41,858 nt of DNA, taken from the NCBI GenBank assembly GCA_964354805.1, contig CAYHBD010000047.1, positions 1-41,858 on the forward strand, read 5' to 3'. A program made the translations under genes and the position numbers. Origin of the DNA: an uncultured archaeon (GTDB lineage: Archaea; Iainarchaeota; Iainarchaeia; Iainarchaeales; GCA-2688035). Positions 8,531-18,218 of this stretch are shown piece after piece. Position 1 is the first letter of the stretch. Every line of letters begins with the position of its first letter. A model generated the notes under the pieces. It ran no database searches. It was not told the origin of the DNA and saw only the letters and a program-made list of their open reading frames with translations.

Positions 8531-9724
8531 ATGGCTGAATACAAATTTTTGGGAAAAGAGGATGTTTCTGGGAAAACTGTTGTAATACGAGTTGATTTGA
8601 ACAGCAATGCTGAGGGGGGAGAGCTTTTCCCTTCGGAGAGAATAAAACAGCACGCCCTGACATTAAATCAGTTGAGTGAAAAGGGCGCAAAAACAATTGT
8701 TTTAGCGCACCAGGGCAGAAAAGGGGAAGAGGACTGCATTTCACTGCAGCAGCACGCTGACGCAATAAAAGAAGAAATCGGGAAAGAACTGCAGCTGCTT
8801 GCATGGGATTCTGATTATGTTACGGCAATAAAGCAAATGCAGCCCGGCGCTATTATTCTGATGGAGAATGTGCGATTCCACGACAATGAAGAAAAAGATT
8901 TCACGGCAGAAGAAGCGGCAAAAATTGATTGGGTTCAAAAAATCGCTTCCTGCGCCGACTTGTTTGTGCAGGATGCTTTGAGCGTCTGCCATAGAGCGCA
9001 GCCGAGCGTTGTTGGATTCAGTTCTCTGCCCTGCTTTGTAGGCCCTGTCCTTGAAAGGGAACTGAGGGCATTGGCGAAATATGAAGAAGGTAGCAGGCCT
9101 GTTTTGTTCATTTTTGGCGGAGCAAAAATAAAGGACAGCCTTGAATTAATGGGCGTAATACTTACAAGCGGAAAAGCGGACAATGTCTGTGTTGGCGGAT
9201 TGCTTGGGCAGCTTTTCCTCAAAGCCAGCGGAAAAAATCTGGGCGAAACCGAAAAAACATTCGAGGAAAAGGGCTTTAATGCACTTGTTGAGAAAGCCCA
9301 GCAGCTGCTTTCCTCTTTCAAGGACAAAATAATACTGCCAATTGATTTGGCTGTAGTGGATGAGGATGACGAGCGATTGGAGATAACTGTTGAAGAGCTG
9401 CCGACAGATTTCCTCATTGGGGACATTGGATTGGAAACAGTTGCATTGTTCAAAAAACAGATTCATAAAGCCAAGCTGATTGTGTTCAACGGGCCTGTTG
9501 GAATGTTTGAAAAATACGGCCTGGATCTTGCAACGAAAAAGGTTTTGGAAGCCGTAAGCAAAAGCAAGGCATTCAGCATAATCGGCGGCGGAGACACTGT
9601 TGATGCGCTGCGCGAGCTGGAATTCATGCCAACACAGTTCTCGCACGTTTCATTGGGCGGGAAAGCCCTGCTGCAATACCTGAGCGGGCAGCCCCTGCCG
9701 GGCTTGCAGGCGCTGCAGAAGTAG
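8531..9724 (+). CDS. pgk: Phosphoglycerate kinase
   Basis: RVDLN, HQGR, ENVRF, HRAQPS, GGAK, NGPVGMFE, GGGDT, HVSLGG. Confidence 0.92.
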   Translation: MAEYKFLGKEDVSGKTVVIRVDLNSNAEGGELFPSERIKQHALTLNQLSEKGAKTIVLAHQGRKGEEDCISLQQHADAIKEEIGKELQLLAWDSDYVTAIKQMQPGAIILMENVRFHDNEEKDFTAEEAAKIDWVQKIASCADLFVQDALSVCHRAQPSVVGFSSLPCFVGPVLERELRALAKYEEGSRPVLFIFGGAKIKDSLELMGVILTSGKADNVCVGGLLGQLFLKASGKNLGETEKTFEEKGFNALVEKAQQLLSSFKDKIILPIDLAVVDEDDERLEITVEELPTDFLIGDIGLETVALFKKQIHKAKLIVFNGPVGMFEKYGLDLATKKVLEAVSKSKAFSIIGGGDTVDALRELEFMPTQFSHVSLGGKALLQYLSGQPLPGLQALQK

Positions 9725-9796
9725 GGTGTTAAAAGAATTTGAAAATGATTGAAGCATTGCAGGCAATTGCTTGGTTTGCAGGCGCTGCAGAAGTAA
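9701..9796 (+). repeat. Echo of the pgk 3' end, offset 72 bp
   Basis: GGC TTG CAG GCG CTG CAG AAG TAG (9701) vs GGT TTG CAG GCG CTG CAG AAG TAA (9773). Confidence 0.85.
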
Positions 9797-9818
9797 AATG
9801 TTAGCATCGTGAAGCTGA

Positions 9819-10829
9819 ATGAATTTCACATTAAGCAAAGAACAACTGATTCCTTTCCTGAACAGCTTAAAGAAAAAAATGCAGGTAATTGTTCCGGTGC
9901 GGAATGAGCTTGGCGCAACCTGCTTTAGCGAGCTGGATGATTCTGCTGAACAGGAAATTTTTCTGGACGCGCGAACGGATTTTTCACCAAAAAATTTTTT
10001 CCTGCCGGCCGCCGAAAAAATGTTTCGCTTCGGAAAAAGCAATTTTTCCTACAAAATTTCCCAGCTTTCCGAAAAAAAGCCAGCCGTTATTTTCGGCATA
10101 AGGCCGTGTGACACGCACGCACTGCACGCACTGGACGAATTGTTCATAGGCTCACTTGGGCCAGACCAGTACTACAGCGAAAGAAGAAAGAATGCACTGC
10201 TGATTGCACTGCAGTGCACAAAAGAATGCGACAGCGGTTTCTGCACAAGCATGGGAACATCGCAGGCAACAGGTCACGACCTGCTTTTCATTGAAAGAGG
10301 CAGTGATTTTTTTGTAACAGCAGCAAGCGAGAGGGGCAAGAGGCTGCTTGACAGCAAATTCTTCAAGCAAACAAAGGACGCCGCCCCAAGCCCGAGAATT
10401 GAATGCAAAAAAGAACTGCTGACGCAGAACCTGGAAGAAAATCTGCTGCAAAATTTTGAGCACGGCATTTGGAAACAGGAAGCGGAAAAATGCCTGAGCT
10501 GCACCAACTGCACGCAAAGCTGCCCGACCTGCTACTGCCACTACAAGGATGACGAATTTGAATTTGATTCAATGGACAGCACAAGGTACAGAATGCAGGA
10601 CAGCTGCCAGCTGCTGCGCTTTTCACAGGTTGCAGGCGGGAACATTTTCAGAAAAAGCAGGACAGGCAGGCTGAGGCAATTTGTCCTGCACAAGCTGTGC
10701 TATTACAAAAAGCGCTTTGGAACACATTTGTGCGTTGGATGCGGGCGATGCATTGCCGCCTGCCCGGCAAAAATTGATTTAACCGAAATCGCTAACACGA
10801 TTCAGAAAGAAGCGGAAGTGGAAAAATGA
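9819..10829 (+). CDS. hydB: Group 3b [NiFe]-hydrogenase beta subunit (AsrA-like Fe-S protein)
   Basis: GIRPCD, CLSCTNCTQSCPTCYC, CVGCGRCIAACP; first gene of the BGDA order. Confidence 0.88.
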   Translation: MNFTLSKEQLIPFLNSLKKKMQVIVPVRNELGATCFSELDDSAEQEIFLDARTDFSPKNFFLPAAEKMFRFGKSNFSYKISQLSEKKPAVIFGIRPCDTHALHALDELFIGSLGPDQYYSERRKNALLIALQCTKECDSGFCTSMGTSQATGHDLLFIERGSDFFVTAASERGKRLLDSKFFKQTKDAAPSPRIECKKELLTQNLEENLLQNFEHGIWKQEAEKCLSCTNCTQSCPTCYCHYKDDEFEFDSMDSTRYRMQDSCQLLRFSQVAGGNIFRKSRTGRLRQFVLHKLCYYKKRFGTHLCVGCGRCIAACPAKIDLTEIANTIQKEAEVEK

Positions 10830-10915
10830 TTGGTTGTATAAGCAAAAACCCAAATGAGGCGAAAATAATTGGTTGAAAAACATAAAGCAAAAAATGGAGG
10901 TGAAACAATGATTGC
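10814..10915 (+). repeat. ~41-bp degenerate triplication of the hydB/hydG junction
   Basis: GGAAGTGGAAAAATGATTG (10814), GAGGCGAAAATAATTG (10856), GGAGGTGAAACAATGATTG (10896). Confidence 0.7.
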
Positions 10916-11738
10916 CCCAGAGACACCGCTTAAAGCAAAAATAGTTGACGTTGCTGTTGAAACAAGCGAAATCAAAACATTCGCCGTTCGCTTTATTGAC
11001 GACAAGGAACAGAAACGCTTTCGTTTCCAGCCGGGAAAATTCATGATGGTCAGCATTTTCGGCTACGGGGAAATCCCAATCAGCATCAGCAGTTCGCCCT
11101 ATAAAACCGATTCAATTTCTTTCACTGTTGCAAACGTCGGCAATGCAACAAATGCAATGCACCGCTTGAGCAAAGGCGATGAAATCGGATTGCGGGGCCC
11201 TTTTGGAAACAGCTTCCCGCTGCAAAAATTCAGGAAAAAGAACCTGATTTTTATTGCAGGCGGCTGCGGTTTCGCTCCCCTGCGTAGCACTGTTTTCGCT
11301 TTCCAGGAAAAAAAGAAAGAATTCGGAGAGGCATTCATTTTCTTCGGGTGCAAAAGCCCGAAAGAGCTTTTGTTCAAGCAGAATTTGGAACAATGGGAAA
11401 AAGAAGGAAAAATGCACTTGCTTGTAACAGTTGACAACCCAACGCCTGAATGGAAAGGCCACAGTGGAGTTGTGACAAAGTTGTTTGATAAAATAAAGCT
11501 GCCTGTGGAAAACAGCGTTTGCCTTTTGTGCGGCCCGCCGATAATGATTCACTTTGCCCTGATTGAATTGCAAAAGCTCGGTTTCAAGGAAGCGCAGTTT
11601 TTTGCTTCGCTTGAAAGGAGAATGCACTGCGGCATGGGCTACTGCGCCCACTGCAACATCGGCGAAAAGCAGGTCTGCACAGACGGCCCGGTATTCACCG
11701 GAACAGAACTGCGCAAAATGCCTTTGAGGGAGGACTAA
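10908..11738 (+). CDS. hydG: Group 3b hydrogenase gamma subunit (FAD/NAD(P)-binding, 2Fe-2S)
   Basis: PISISS, RGPFGN, AGGCGFAP, CGPPIM, CGMGYCAHC..VCTDGPVF; RBS GGAGGTGA. Confidence 0.9.
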   Translation: MIAPETPLKAKIVDVAVETSEIKTFAVRFIDDKEQKRFRFQPGKFMMVSIFGYGEIPISISSSPYKTDSISFTVANVGNATNAMHRLSKGDEIGLRGPFGNSFPLQKFRKKNLIFIAGGCGFAPLRSTVFAFQEKKKEFGEAFIFFGCKSPKELLFKQNLEQWEKEGKMHLLVTVDNPTPEWKGHSGVVTKLFDKIKLPVENSVCLLCGPPIMIHFALIELQKLGFKEAQFFASLERRMHCGMGYCAHCNIGEKQVCTDGPVFTGTELRKMPLRED

Positions 11739-11740
11739 AA

Positions 11741-11799
11741 ATGAGCGAAAAGGCGAAGGGTTCGGGGTGCTGAGGATGGGCGAGAAGGTCAAGGTTGGT
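11741..11799 (+). repeat. Echo of the hydD start, 35 bp upstream
   Basis: ATG AGC GAA AAG GCG AAG (MSEKAK, 11741) vs ATG GGC GAG AAG GTC AAG (MGEKVK, 11776). Confidence 0.7.
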
Positions 11800-12537
11800 T
11801 TCTTTTCCCTTACTTGCTGCGAGGGCTGCGAGCTGGCAGTGCTTGAATTGGAGGAAAAACTGCTGCACGCTTTCAACCAGATTGAAATAGTTGAATCAAG
11901 GCTGCTGATGGAAAAGGAAAAAGCCGAAAAAATCGACTTTGCTTTTGTTGAAGGCAGCGTAATAAGCGAGCACGATTTGCTCAAACTGCATTACATCAGA
12001 AAAAAAAGCAATGTGCTTGTTGCACTTGGCGCCTGCGCAACAATTGCGGGAATTCCGGGCATCAGAAGTGCTTTGCCTGCTCCCTTGCAAGAGAAGATCA
12101 AGAGAGCGGAATTAAAGCCAATGCAGGAAAAAGCAATGCCCCTCTCCGCTTTTGTGCCGGTTGATTATCTTTTGCAGGGCTGCTCTATCAGTGAGCAGGA
12201 ATTCCTTGATTTTTTGAACAAAGTCCTGCATTTGAAAAAACCGTGCCTGCAGGATGTCCCTGTTTGCTTTGAATGCAAGCAAAGGCAGAATCCTTGTTTG
12301 CTTTTGCAGGGAATTGCCTGCCTTGGGCCTGTGAGCTATGCCGGCTGCAATGCTTTGTGCCCGAGCTGCAATGCGCAATGCATAGGCTGCAGGGGCTTTA
12401 CAGCGGATGCAAGCTTTGCTGCGTTGGACAAAATTTTAAAGGAAGCAGGCCTGAGCAAAAAAGAACGGTATGATTTATTCACTTACTTCAACCCTCTGCC
12501 AAAGGAATTAGAGAAAGAGCTAAAGGAGGAAACCTGA
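11776..12537 (+). CDS. hydD: Group 3b hydrogenase small (delta) subunit
   Basis: CCEGC, VEGS, GACA..GI, GC, CFEC..PCL..CLGP..GCNALCP..CIGCRG. Confidence 0.9.
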   Translation: MGEKVKVGFFSLTCCEGCELAVLELEEKLLHAFNQIEIVESRLLMEKEKAEKIDFAFVEGSVISEHDLLKLHYIRKKSNVLVALGACATIAGIPGIRSALPAPLQEKIKRAELKPMQEKAMPLSAFVPVDYLLQGCSISEQEFLDFLNKVLHLKKPCLQDVPVCFECKQRQNPCLLLQGIACLGPVSYAGCNALCPSCNAQCIGCRGFTADASFAALDKILKEAGLSKKERYDLFTYFNPLPKELEKELKEET

Positions 12538-13827
12538 ATGCAAAGCACTGGAACTTTTTCAATCAAAGAAATCACCAAAATCGAGGGCCATGCAAACCTA
12601 AATGTTGAACTGCGCAATGGCAGGGTTGAAAAATGCGAACTGAATATTTTCGAGGGGCAGCGCTTCTTTGAGCAAATGCTTGTTGGAAAGCATTTCTCGC
12701 AGGTTCCATTGATTGTGAGCAGAATCTGCGGCTTCTGCAACACAAGCCACCTTAATACCTCAATCGAAGCAATTGAAAAAGCATTTTCAGTAAAGCCAAG
12801 CGACCAAACCCTGATGCTTCGAGAGCTTGCAACAAACGCCGAATTCATCAAAAGCCATGCACTGCACCTTGTTTTCCTTGTGCTGCCTGACTTTCTGGGA
12901 AAAGAAAGCGCATTTGATTTCACTGGAGAAGAAACCAGGTACATCCAATGGGCAATGGATTTGAAGAAAGTTGCATCCGATTTGCTGAAAGCGCTCGGCG
13001 GCAGGGTTTATCCAACAATCAGCATTCGGCCAGGCGGCTTCACTGCTTTGCCAAAGCAAAGCGAATTGAATGCACTGCTGCCAGGCCTGCGCAAAGCAAA
13101 GGAAACCGCTTCGCAAATAATTGATTTGGTTGATTCGTTCAACCAGCAATTCCCTTTTGAGAGAAAAACAGATTACGTTGCTTTGGTTGGAAGCAAATAC
13201 TGCATGCTTTGCGGGCAGGTTAGGTGCAGTGACGGAACAATTGTGCCTGAAGGGCAGTATGCAAAGCACATAAAGGAATTCATTGTGCCTTATTCAACCG
13301 CAAAGCAGGCGCACTTCAATGGAAAGGAATACCTGGTTGGCGCTCTCGCAAGAATGAATCTTAACCAGAAAGAATTATGCGATACGGCAATTGGAAAAAT
13401 CGCAGAGCTCGGTCTGCGCTTTCCCTCAAACAAAATCTACTACAATAATATTGCGCAGGCAATTGAACTGCTGCAGTGCATTGAATCAAGCATTGAAATA
13501 ATCGAATCACTGCGTCTGCGGAAAGAGCCTCTTTCCCAAATTGTTCCGAAAGAAGCAGAAGGAATAGGCATAACAGAAGCACCAAGGGGCACGCTTTACC
13601 ACCACTATGCTTTTGACAGCAAGGGCCTTGTACGCCAGGCAAACATCATTGTGCCAACACTGCAGAACAACAGGAACATTGAGCTGGACTTGCATTCCTT
13701 CATTCCAACACTGCTTGACCTGCCGCAAGAAAAAGCAGAGCTTGAAATAGAGAAACTAATCAGAGCATACGACCCCTGCATCAGCTGCGCAACACACTTC
13801 CTGAAAGTGAAATGGAACAAAGACTAA
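12538..13827 (+). CDS. hydA: Group 3b [NiFe]-hydrogenase large (alpha) subunit
   Basis: KIEGH, L1 RICGFCNTSH, EAPRG, L2 DPCISCATH plus a 9-aa cleavable tail. Confidence 0.95.
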   Translation: MQSTGTFSIKEITKIEGHANLNVELRNGRVEKCELNIFEGQRFFEQMLVGKHFSQVPLIVSRICGFCNTSHLNTSIEAIEKAFSVKPSDQTLMLRELATNAEFIKSHALHLVFLVLPDFLGKESAFDFTGEETRYIQWAMDLKKVASDLLKALGGRVYPTISIRPGGFTALPKQSELNALLPGLRKAKETASQIIDLVDSFNQQFPFERKTDYVALVGSKYCMLCGQVRCSDGTIVPEGQYAKHIKEFIVPYSTAKQAHFNGKEYLVGALARMNLNQKELCDTAIGKIAELGLRFPSNKIYYNNIAQAIELLQCIESSIEIIESLRLRKEPLSQIVPKEAEGIGITEAPRGTLYHHYAFDSKGLVRQANIIVPTLQNNRNIELDLHSFIPTLLDLPQEKAELEIEKLIRAYDPCISCATHFLKVKWNKD

Positions 13828-13916
13828 AATTCCGGCAACTTTTTCAGAATTTTTGGCAAAACCTTTTAAGGAAAAAATAAATATAAGTAAACCACTTATC
13901 TTATCGAGATTTTTTT

Positions 13917-15032
13917 ATGAACGAAAGAGCGCAGGCTGGCTTGGAATACCTGATGACTTACGGCTGGGCGCTTATTCTTGTTGCAACAATTGTTGTAGTG
14001 CTTGCATTCATTGTCCAGTTCAAGCCAACCACCACATTTGTTTCAAGCGATCCCACAAAAATTATGCTCAAAAGCGCTGGTGTTTCAGGAAATACCGCAG
14101 GCATAGTGCTGCAGAATGCAACTGGCGGAAGAATTACGATAAACTCAATTATTTTTTCAGGCGATGTTCTGCTTGCGTCTGGTTCCACGCTCAATGGCCA
14201 AAGCCAGCCGTCTTTCCCTGTTGATATAATTGCAGGCGGTGAAATCAGGCTGGACGGCCTCAACGCCGCCAATGGTGCGGCAAACGCAAGGATAGCCATC
14301 AATTATAAAGATTACGCTGATTTTGAAAGGGAAGCCAGAGTAACGAGCGGTGCAGGCGCGCCAGAAGGCATTGCAGCAGCATACAGCTTCGAAGGAGACG
14401 CATTTGACGGCAGTGGAAACAACAACAACGGAACAGTAAGCGGAGCATTGGAAGCCGATTGCGTGAGCGGAACATGCCTTAAGGTGGGGAGCTCGGTTGA
14501 TGGTGGAAATGAAAGCAAGAAAGTTGCTAATGAATCATACACTTATATTGCCTGGATTAAGCCAACCGCTTTTACTTGTAGTGGTGGCAGCTCTTATAAC
14601 CTTTGTGAAATAATATCTAAAATAGATGTGTGGTCAAATGGTTCGAATTTTGGGGTCTCCAATAGTGCTGCTCTTGCAGGGTATAGACAAACCGCCTCAA
14701 GCACTTACCTCTCTTCTAACTCCACTGTTACTATTGCAAAGGATCAATGGCAATTTGTTGCCACAAGCCTTGACAACACAGGGGAGTATATAGATAGAAC
14801 AATACATCTTTACCTTAATGGAAAAGACATTACCGCCAACGCATCATACGCCTTGGGAGACTTACAAGATACTTCAACCTTATCCCTCACAATCGGCAAG
14901 AGCTTCGATGGTTTCATTGACGAAGTCAGGATCTACGACAGGGCTTTGAGTGCAGCCGAGATTTGCAACGAGTGCAAGCGCTTTGCTTCAAACGTTGCCG
15001 CTATTCAGCCAGGCTTTGCCTGCGGCTGCTGA
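13917..15032 (+). CDS. Class III signal (pilin-like) LamG/concanavalin-A-like jelly-roll protein, copy 1
   Basis: RA|QAGLE signal followed by a hydrophobic helix; D.SGN, AWIKP, WQFVA, YLNG, FDGFIDEVRIYDRALS. Confidence 0.88.
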   Translation: MNERAQAGLEYLMTYGWALILVATIVVVLAFIVQFKPTTTFVSSDPTKIMLKSAGVSGNTAGIVLQNATGGRITINSIIFSGDVLLASGSTLNGQSQPSFPVDIIAGGEIRLDGLNAANGAANARIAINYKDYADFEREARVTSGAGAPEGIAAAYSFEGDAFDGSGNNNNGTVSGALEADCVSGTCLKVGSSVDGGNESKKVANESYTYIAWIKPTAFTCSGGSSYNLCEIISKIDVWSNGSNFGVSNSAALAGYRQTASSTYLSSNSTVTIAKDQWQFVATSLDNTGEYIDRTIHLYLNGKDITANASYALGDLQDTSTLSLTIGKSFDGFIDEVRIYDRALSAAEICNECKRFASNVAAIQPGFACGC

Positions 15033-15148
15033 ATTCTTTTGAAAAGTATTCTTTTTTTTATTGATTGCTTTGTTTTTTTCAAAAAAATAATTCTGTAAAG
15101 GAAAAGATTAAATATGCCGAGAATTATATTATAACTGATTTTCACATG
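15030..15148 (+). repeat. Duplicated intergenic terminator/promoter unit (second copy at 16271-16381)
   Basis: TGAATTCTTTTGAAAA, T-tracts and ATTAAATATGCC..TTATATTATAACTGATTTT..ATG in both spacers. Confidence 0.8.
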
Positions 15149-16273
15149 CATAGCAAGGCTCAGGCTGGTTTGGAGTATCTGATGACTTATGGCTGGGCGC
15201 TGATTTTGGTTGCAACGATTATCACTGTTTTGGTTTTTGTTGTGGGCAAGCCTGGCCCAAGCGTTGCATTCAATGTTTCTGACCCAACAAAGTTTCTGCT
15301 CAAAAGCGCCGGTGTTTCAGGAAATACCGCAGGCATAGTGCTGCAGAATGCAACAGGCGGGAGAATGACGATAAAGTCAATTACTTTTAATGGCGATTTG
15401 TTGCTCAAAGGCACTAGCAAGCTTAATGGGCAGGCATTCAGCACGCCGGCAGACATACTGGCTGGCGGAGAAATTAGATTGGAAGAATTGAAAGCATCAA
15501 ACAACGGCGCAAACAGCAGAATAATAATAAAGTACACTGATATCCACAGCTTTGACAGAGAATTGGTTGTGGCAAGCGGGCAAGGTGCGCCAGCAGGAAT
15601 TGCAGCAGCATACAGCCTTGAAGGAGATGCGGTAGATGGAAGTGGAAATAAGAATGCTGGAACAGTGAATGGGGCAACAACTGCTTCAGGTTGCGCAAGC
15701 GGAAGTTGTCTCAGCTTTAATAATAATTATGTTGAAATTCCTTCTTGTGGCAGTCCCCCATGTACTTGTAGCCCCCCTAACTCTCTCTTTTGTATCGGGT
15801 CGGAGGGGGTTACTTATATGGCTTGGATTAAAGCTTCCTCTTTCAACCCCACCCACAATATGATTATGGGACAATATTTGCCCTATTTCGGAGTGTACGG
15901 CCCTGGTAACAAGCTACGTTTTAGCCTGCAGGCAGGAACGACTGTGGCTCAGCGGTCTCTTGATGGTTTGACAGCATTGAATGCCACGAATTGGTATCAT
16001 GTAGCAGCCACTTATGATAGCGCTGGTTACATGAAGGTTTTCCTAAATGGAAAGCAAGATTGTAACCCCATAGGGCCTTTCACCCCCATAACAAACTACC
16101 CGGCCTATCCAGTAAGAGTAGGAGTGTGGCTTCCTACTGCTGGCAGCCAGTACTGGTTCAACGGTCTCATCGACGAAGTCCAAATCTTTGACAGGGCTTT
16201 GAGTGAAAGCGAAATCTGTAGCGAGTGCAAGCGCTTTGCTGGTGGTCCGGCTGGCGTTACGTGCAATTGCTGA
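15146..16273 (+). CDS. Class III signal LamG protein, copy 2
   Basis: MHSKA|QAGLE; AWIK, WYHVAATYD, FNGLIDEVQIFDRALS. Confidence 0.88.
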   Translation: MHSKAQAGLEYLMTYGWALILVATIITVLVFVVGKPGPSVAFNVSDPTKFLLKSAGVSGNTAGIVLQNATGGRMTIKSITFNGDLLLKGTSKLNGQAFSTPADILAGGEIRLEELKASNNGANSRIIIKYTDIHSFDRELVVASGQGAPAGIAAAYSLEGDAVDGSGNKNAGTVNGATTASGCASGSCLSFNNNYVEIPSCGSPPCTCSPPNSLFCIGSEGVTYMAWIKASSFNPTHNMIMGQYLPYFGVYGPGNKLRFSLQAGTTVAQRSLDGLTALNATNWYHVAATYDSAGYMKVFLNGKQDCNPIGPFTPITNYPAYPVRVGVWLPTAGSQYWFNGLIDEVQIFDRALSESEICSECKRFAGGPAGVTCNC

Positions 16274-16378
16274 ATTCTTTTGAAAAATTTTTAATAGGTT
16301 AAACTGCTTTTTTTTTGAAAAAAATTTTGGCATGAAAAGAATTAAATATGCCAAGACTTATATTATAACTGATTTTGT

Positions 16379-17581
16379 ATGAACAGCAAAGCCTTTTTGC
16401 TTCCGCAACAGCCTTTTGCTCCTGCAAAAGCCTGGGGAAAAATAGCTTCGCAAAAAGCCTTGGGAAAATTGCCTTCGGCAAGAGCCCAAGCCGGTTTGGA
16501 GTATTTGATGACTTACGGCTGGGCGCTGATTCTGGTTGCTACGATTATCACTGTTTTGGTTTTTGTTGTGGGCAAGCCTGGCCCAAGCGTTGCATTCAAT
16601 GTTTCTGACCCAACAAAGTTTCTGCTCAAAAGCGCCGGTATTTCAGGAAACACAGCGGGCATAGTGCTGCAGAACGCAACTGGCGGGAGAATACTGTTGA
16701 AATCAATTAGTTTTTCCGGTGATTTGGGCTATGCGGCTACTGCCAAATTGAACGGCCGCACTGTAACCGCTGGAGAATTTCCCATTGAGATTCTTTCAGG
16801 CGGAGAGATCAGAATGGAGGGATTGAATGCATCAAACAACTGCGCCAATGCAGGGGTAACGATTAATTACACTGATCCATTTGGTTTTGATAGGGCAGTT
16901 AATGTAACCAGTGGTGGCGCAGCAGGCGCTATTGCATCATTCAGCCTTGATGACATCACAAACTGCTGTGACTGGAGCGCAAAGGGAACCCCTAATGGGG
17001 GGCTGGCATATGCTCCAATAACCTGCCCAAATGGAAAGTGTTTATCTTTTAATGGAACTAATACGTACATTGTGATTCCGAATAACCCCAAATTGCAGCA
17101 AGATTTTAATTCAGGCGTGCTAACTGTTTCAGCTTGGGTTCACCCGATAAGCTTTATGCCAGTATATAGTGGGATTTTAAGCAAGAGTCTGGGGGGCGGG
17201 GTTGCTACTCTTAGTTTTGATATTTCAACTTACCTCCAAAAGGTTGGAGTGAATGTTGGGAATGGTGTAACCCCCTATTTATCGGCGTATTCGGCTCCTA
17301 CTACAATCATTGCAAACAAATGGCAGCATGTTGCAGTAACATTGGATGGAAGCAACATAAAACTTTACGTAAACGGCGCGCAAAGCGGGAGTACAGTAGC
17401 GCAAACCAAGAACCCAATGGGAACTACAACCCCAATTAGAATTGGGCAAGCATATCACAGTTACAGTTTTGATGGATACATTGACGAGATGACGATTTAC
17501 AACCGTGCAATAAGTGCAAGCGAAATATGCAATGACTGCAAGCGTTTTGCTGCAAACGTTAGCGTAGTCTGCAATTGCTGA
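16379..17581 (+). CDS. Class III signal LamG protein, copy 3 (leader expanded by a 93-bp repeat insertion)
   Basis: RA|QAGLE; AWVHP, WQHVAVTLDG, FDGYIDEMTIYNRAIS. Confidence 0.88.
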   Translation: MNSKAFLLPQQPFAPAKAWGKIASQKALGKLPSARAQAGLEYLMTYGWALILVATIITVLVFVVGKPGPSVAFNVSDPTKFLLKSAGISGNTAGIVLQNATGGRILLKSISFSGDLGYAATAKLNGRTVTAGEFPIEILSGGEIRMEGLNASNNCANAGVTINYTDPFGFDRAVNVTSGGAAGAIASFSLDDITNCCDWSAKGTPNGGLAYAPITCPNGKCLSFNGTNTYIVIPNNPKLQQDFNSGVLTVSAWVHPISFMPVYSGILSKSLGGGVATLSFDISTYLQKVGVNVGNGVTPYLSAYSAPTTIIANKWQHVAVTLDGSNIKLYVNGAQSGSTVAQTKNPMGTTTPIRIGQAYHSYSFDGYIDEMTIYNRAISASEICNDCKRFAANVSVVCNC

Positions 17582-17603
17582 ACGCAGATGGCGCACGTTT
17601 TTT

Positions 17604-17981
17604 CTAAAGCATTTTAATCAGTTTCTCCGCTTCCTGCACCGCTTTCCCCGCATCGTATCCCGCTGGCACCGCGATTATTTTCACTTTTCCCAGCTTGCCC
17701 ATTTTTTGAAGAATCTTGAGTTGCATTGCCAAGTCAAAATCATGGGCTGAAAAAGGCTGCGCTGTCTGCAGTTCATCCACGCTTTCAATCAATTCCACTT
17801 TTTTTATTCCATGTGCAACGTCCATTATGCAAATGTTTTTTCTTTCTTTTATTTCGTCAAGCGATTCAATTGCAGCAAATTCAACCCCCTTGATTTTACC
17901 CCTCAATTCTTCCGCTACCTGCAGCGCAAGGTTGTCCTGTTCAATCAGGGGGTTTCCTCCAACAAAAATTTTTATAGCCAT
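17604..17981 (-). CDS. Divergent hydrogenase maturation endopeptidase (HycI/HybD-like)
   Basis: GNPLIEQDN, IMDV and SAHDF correspond to the GN.L..DD, D-A and S.H motifs; lies near hydA. Confidence 0.75.
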   Translation of the reverse strand: MAIKIFVGGNPLIEQDNLALQVAEELRGKIKGVEFAAIESLDEIKERKNICIMDVAHGIKKVELIESVDELQTAQPFSAHDFDLAMQLKILQKMGKLGKVKIIAVPAGYDAGKAVQEAEKLIKML

Positions 17982-17986
17982 AGGGG

Positions 17987-18208
17987 TTAGATGTCCTGTA
18001 TTTCTTCTTTTTGTATTTCGCATTGCCTAAGTATTGCCAATAGTGTGCCTGGGTCCAGTCTTTTGTGCAGGGGAACAACTGTGACAAGTGTTTTGTTTTC
18101 GCTTTTCTTTTTCATCCTGACATGGCTTCCTTTTCGCCCAACTATTTCAAATCCTTGCTTGCTAAGGAATTTTATCAGCTCTTTGCCTGATACTACCGGC
18201 AGTTTCAT
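17987..18208 (-). CDS. hicA: HicA family toxin (mRNA interferase)
   Basis: SGKELIKFL..GF....KGSH, VVPLH..L..GTL..IL. Confidence 0.9.
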   Translation of the reverse strand: MKLPVVSGKELIKFLSKQGFEIVGRKGSHVRMKKKSENKTLVTVVPLHKRLDPGTLLAILRQCEIQKEEIQDI

Positions 18209-18218
18209 TGCAATCGCT

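Noticed and set aside
9722-9796. Stop-codon read-through or recoding as the general explanation for echoes
   Set aside because: An in-frame TGA lies between the pgk copies, and most echo offsets (35, 52, 61) are not multiples of 3
15051-16325. Phase-variable homopolymer tracts in the adhesin spacers
   Set aside because: T/A runs are common in all intergenic regions here and fit archaeal terminators
13917-17581. Diversity-generating retroelement acting on the LamG genes
   Set aside because: No reverse transcriptase or template repeat in the window; paralog differences are not adenine-restricted
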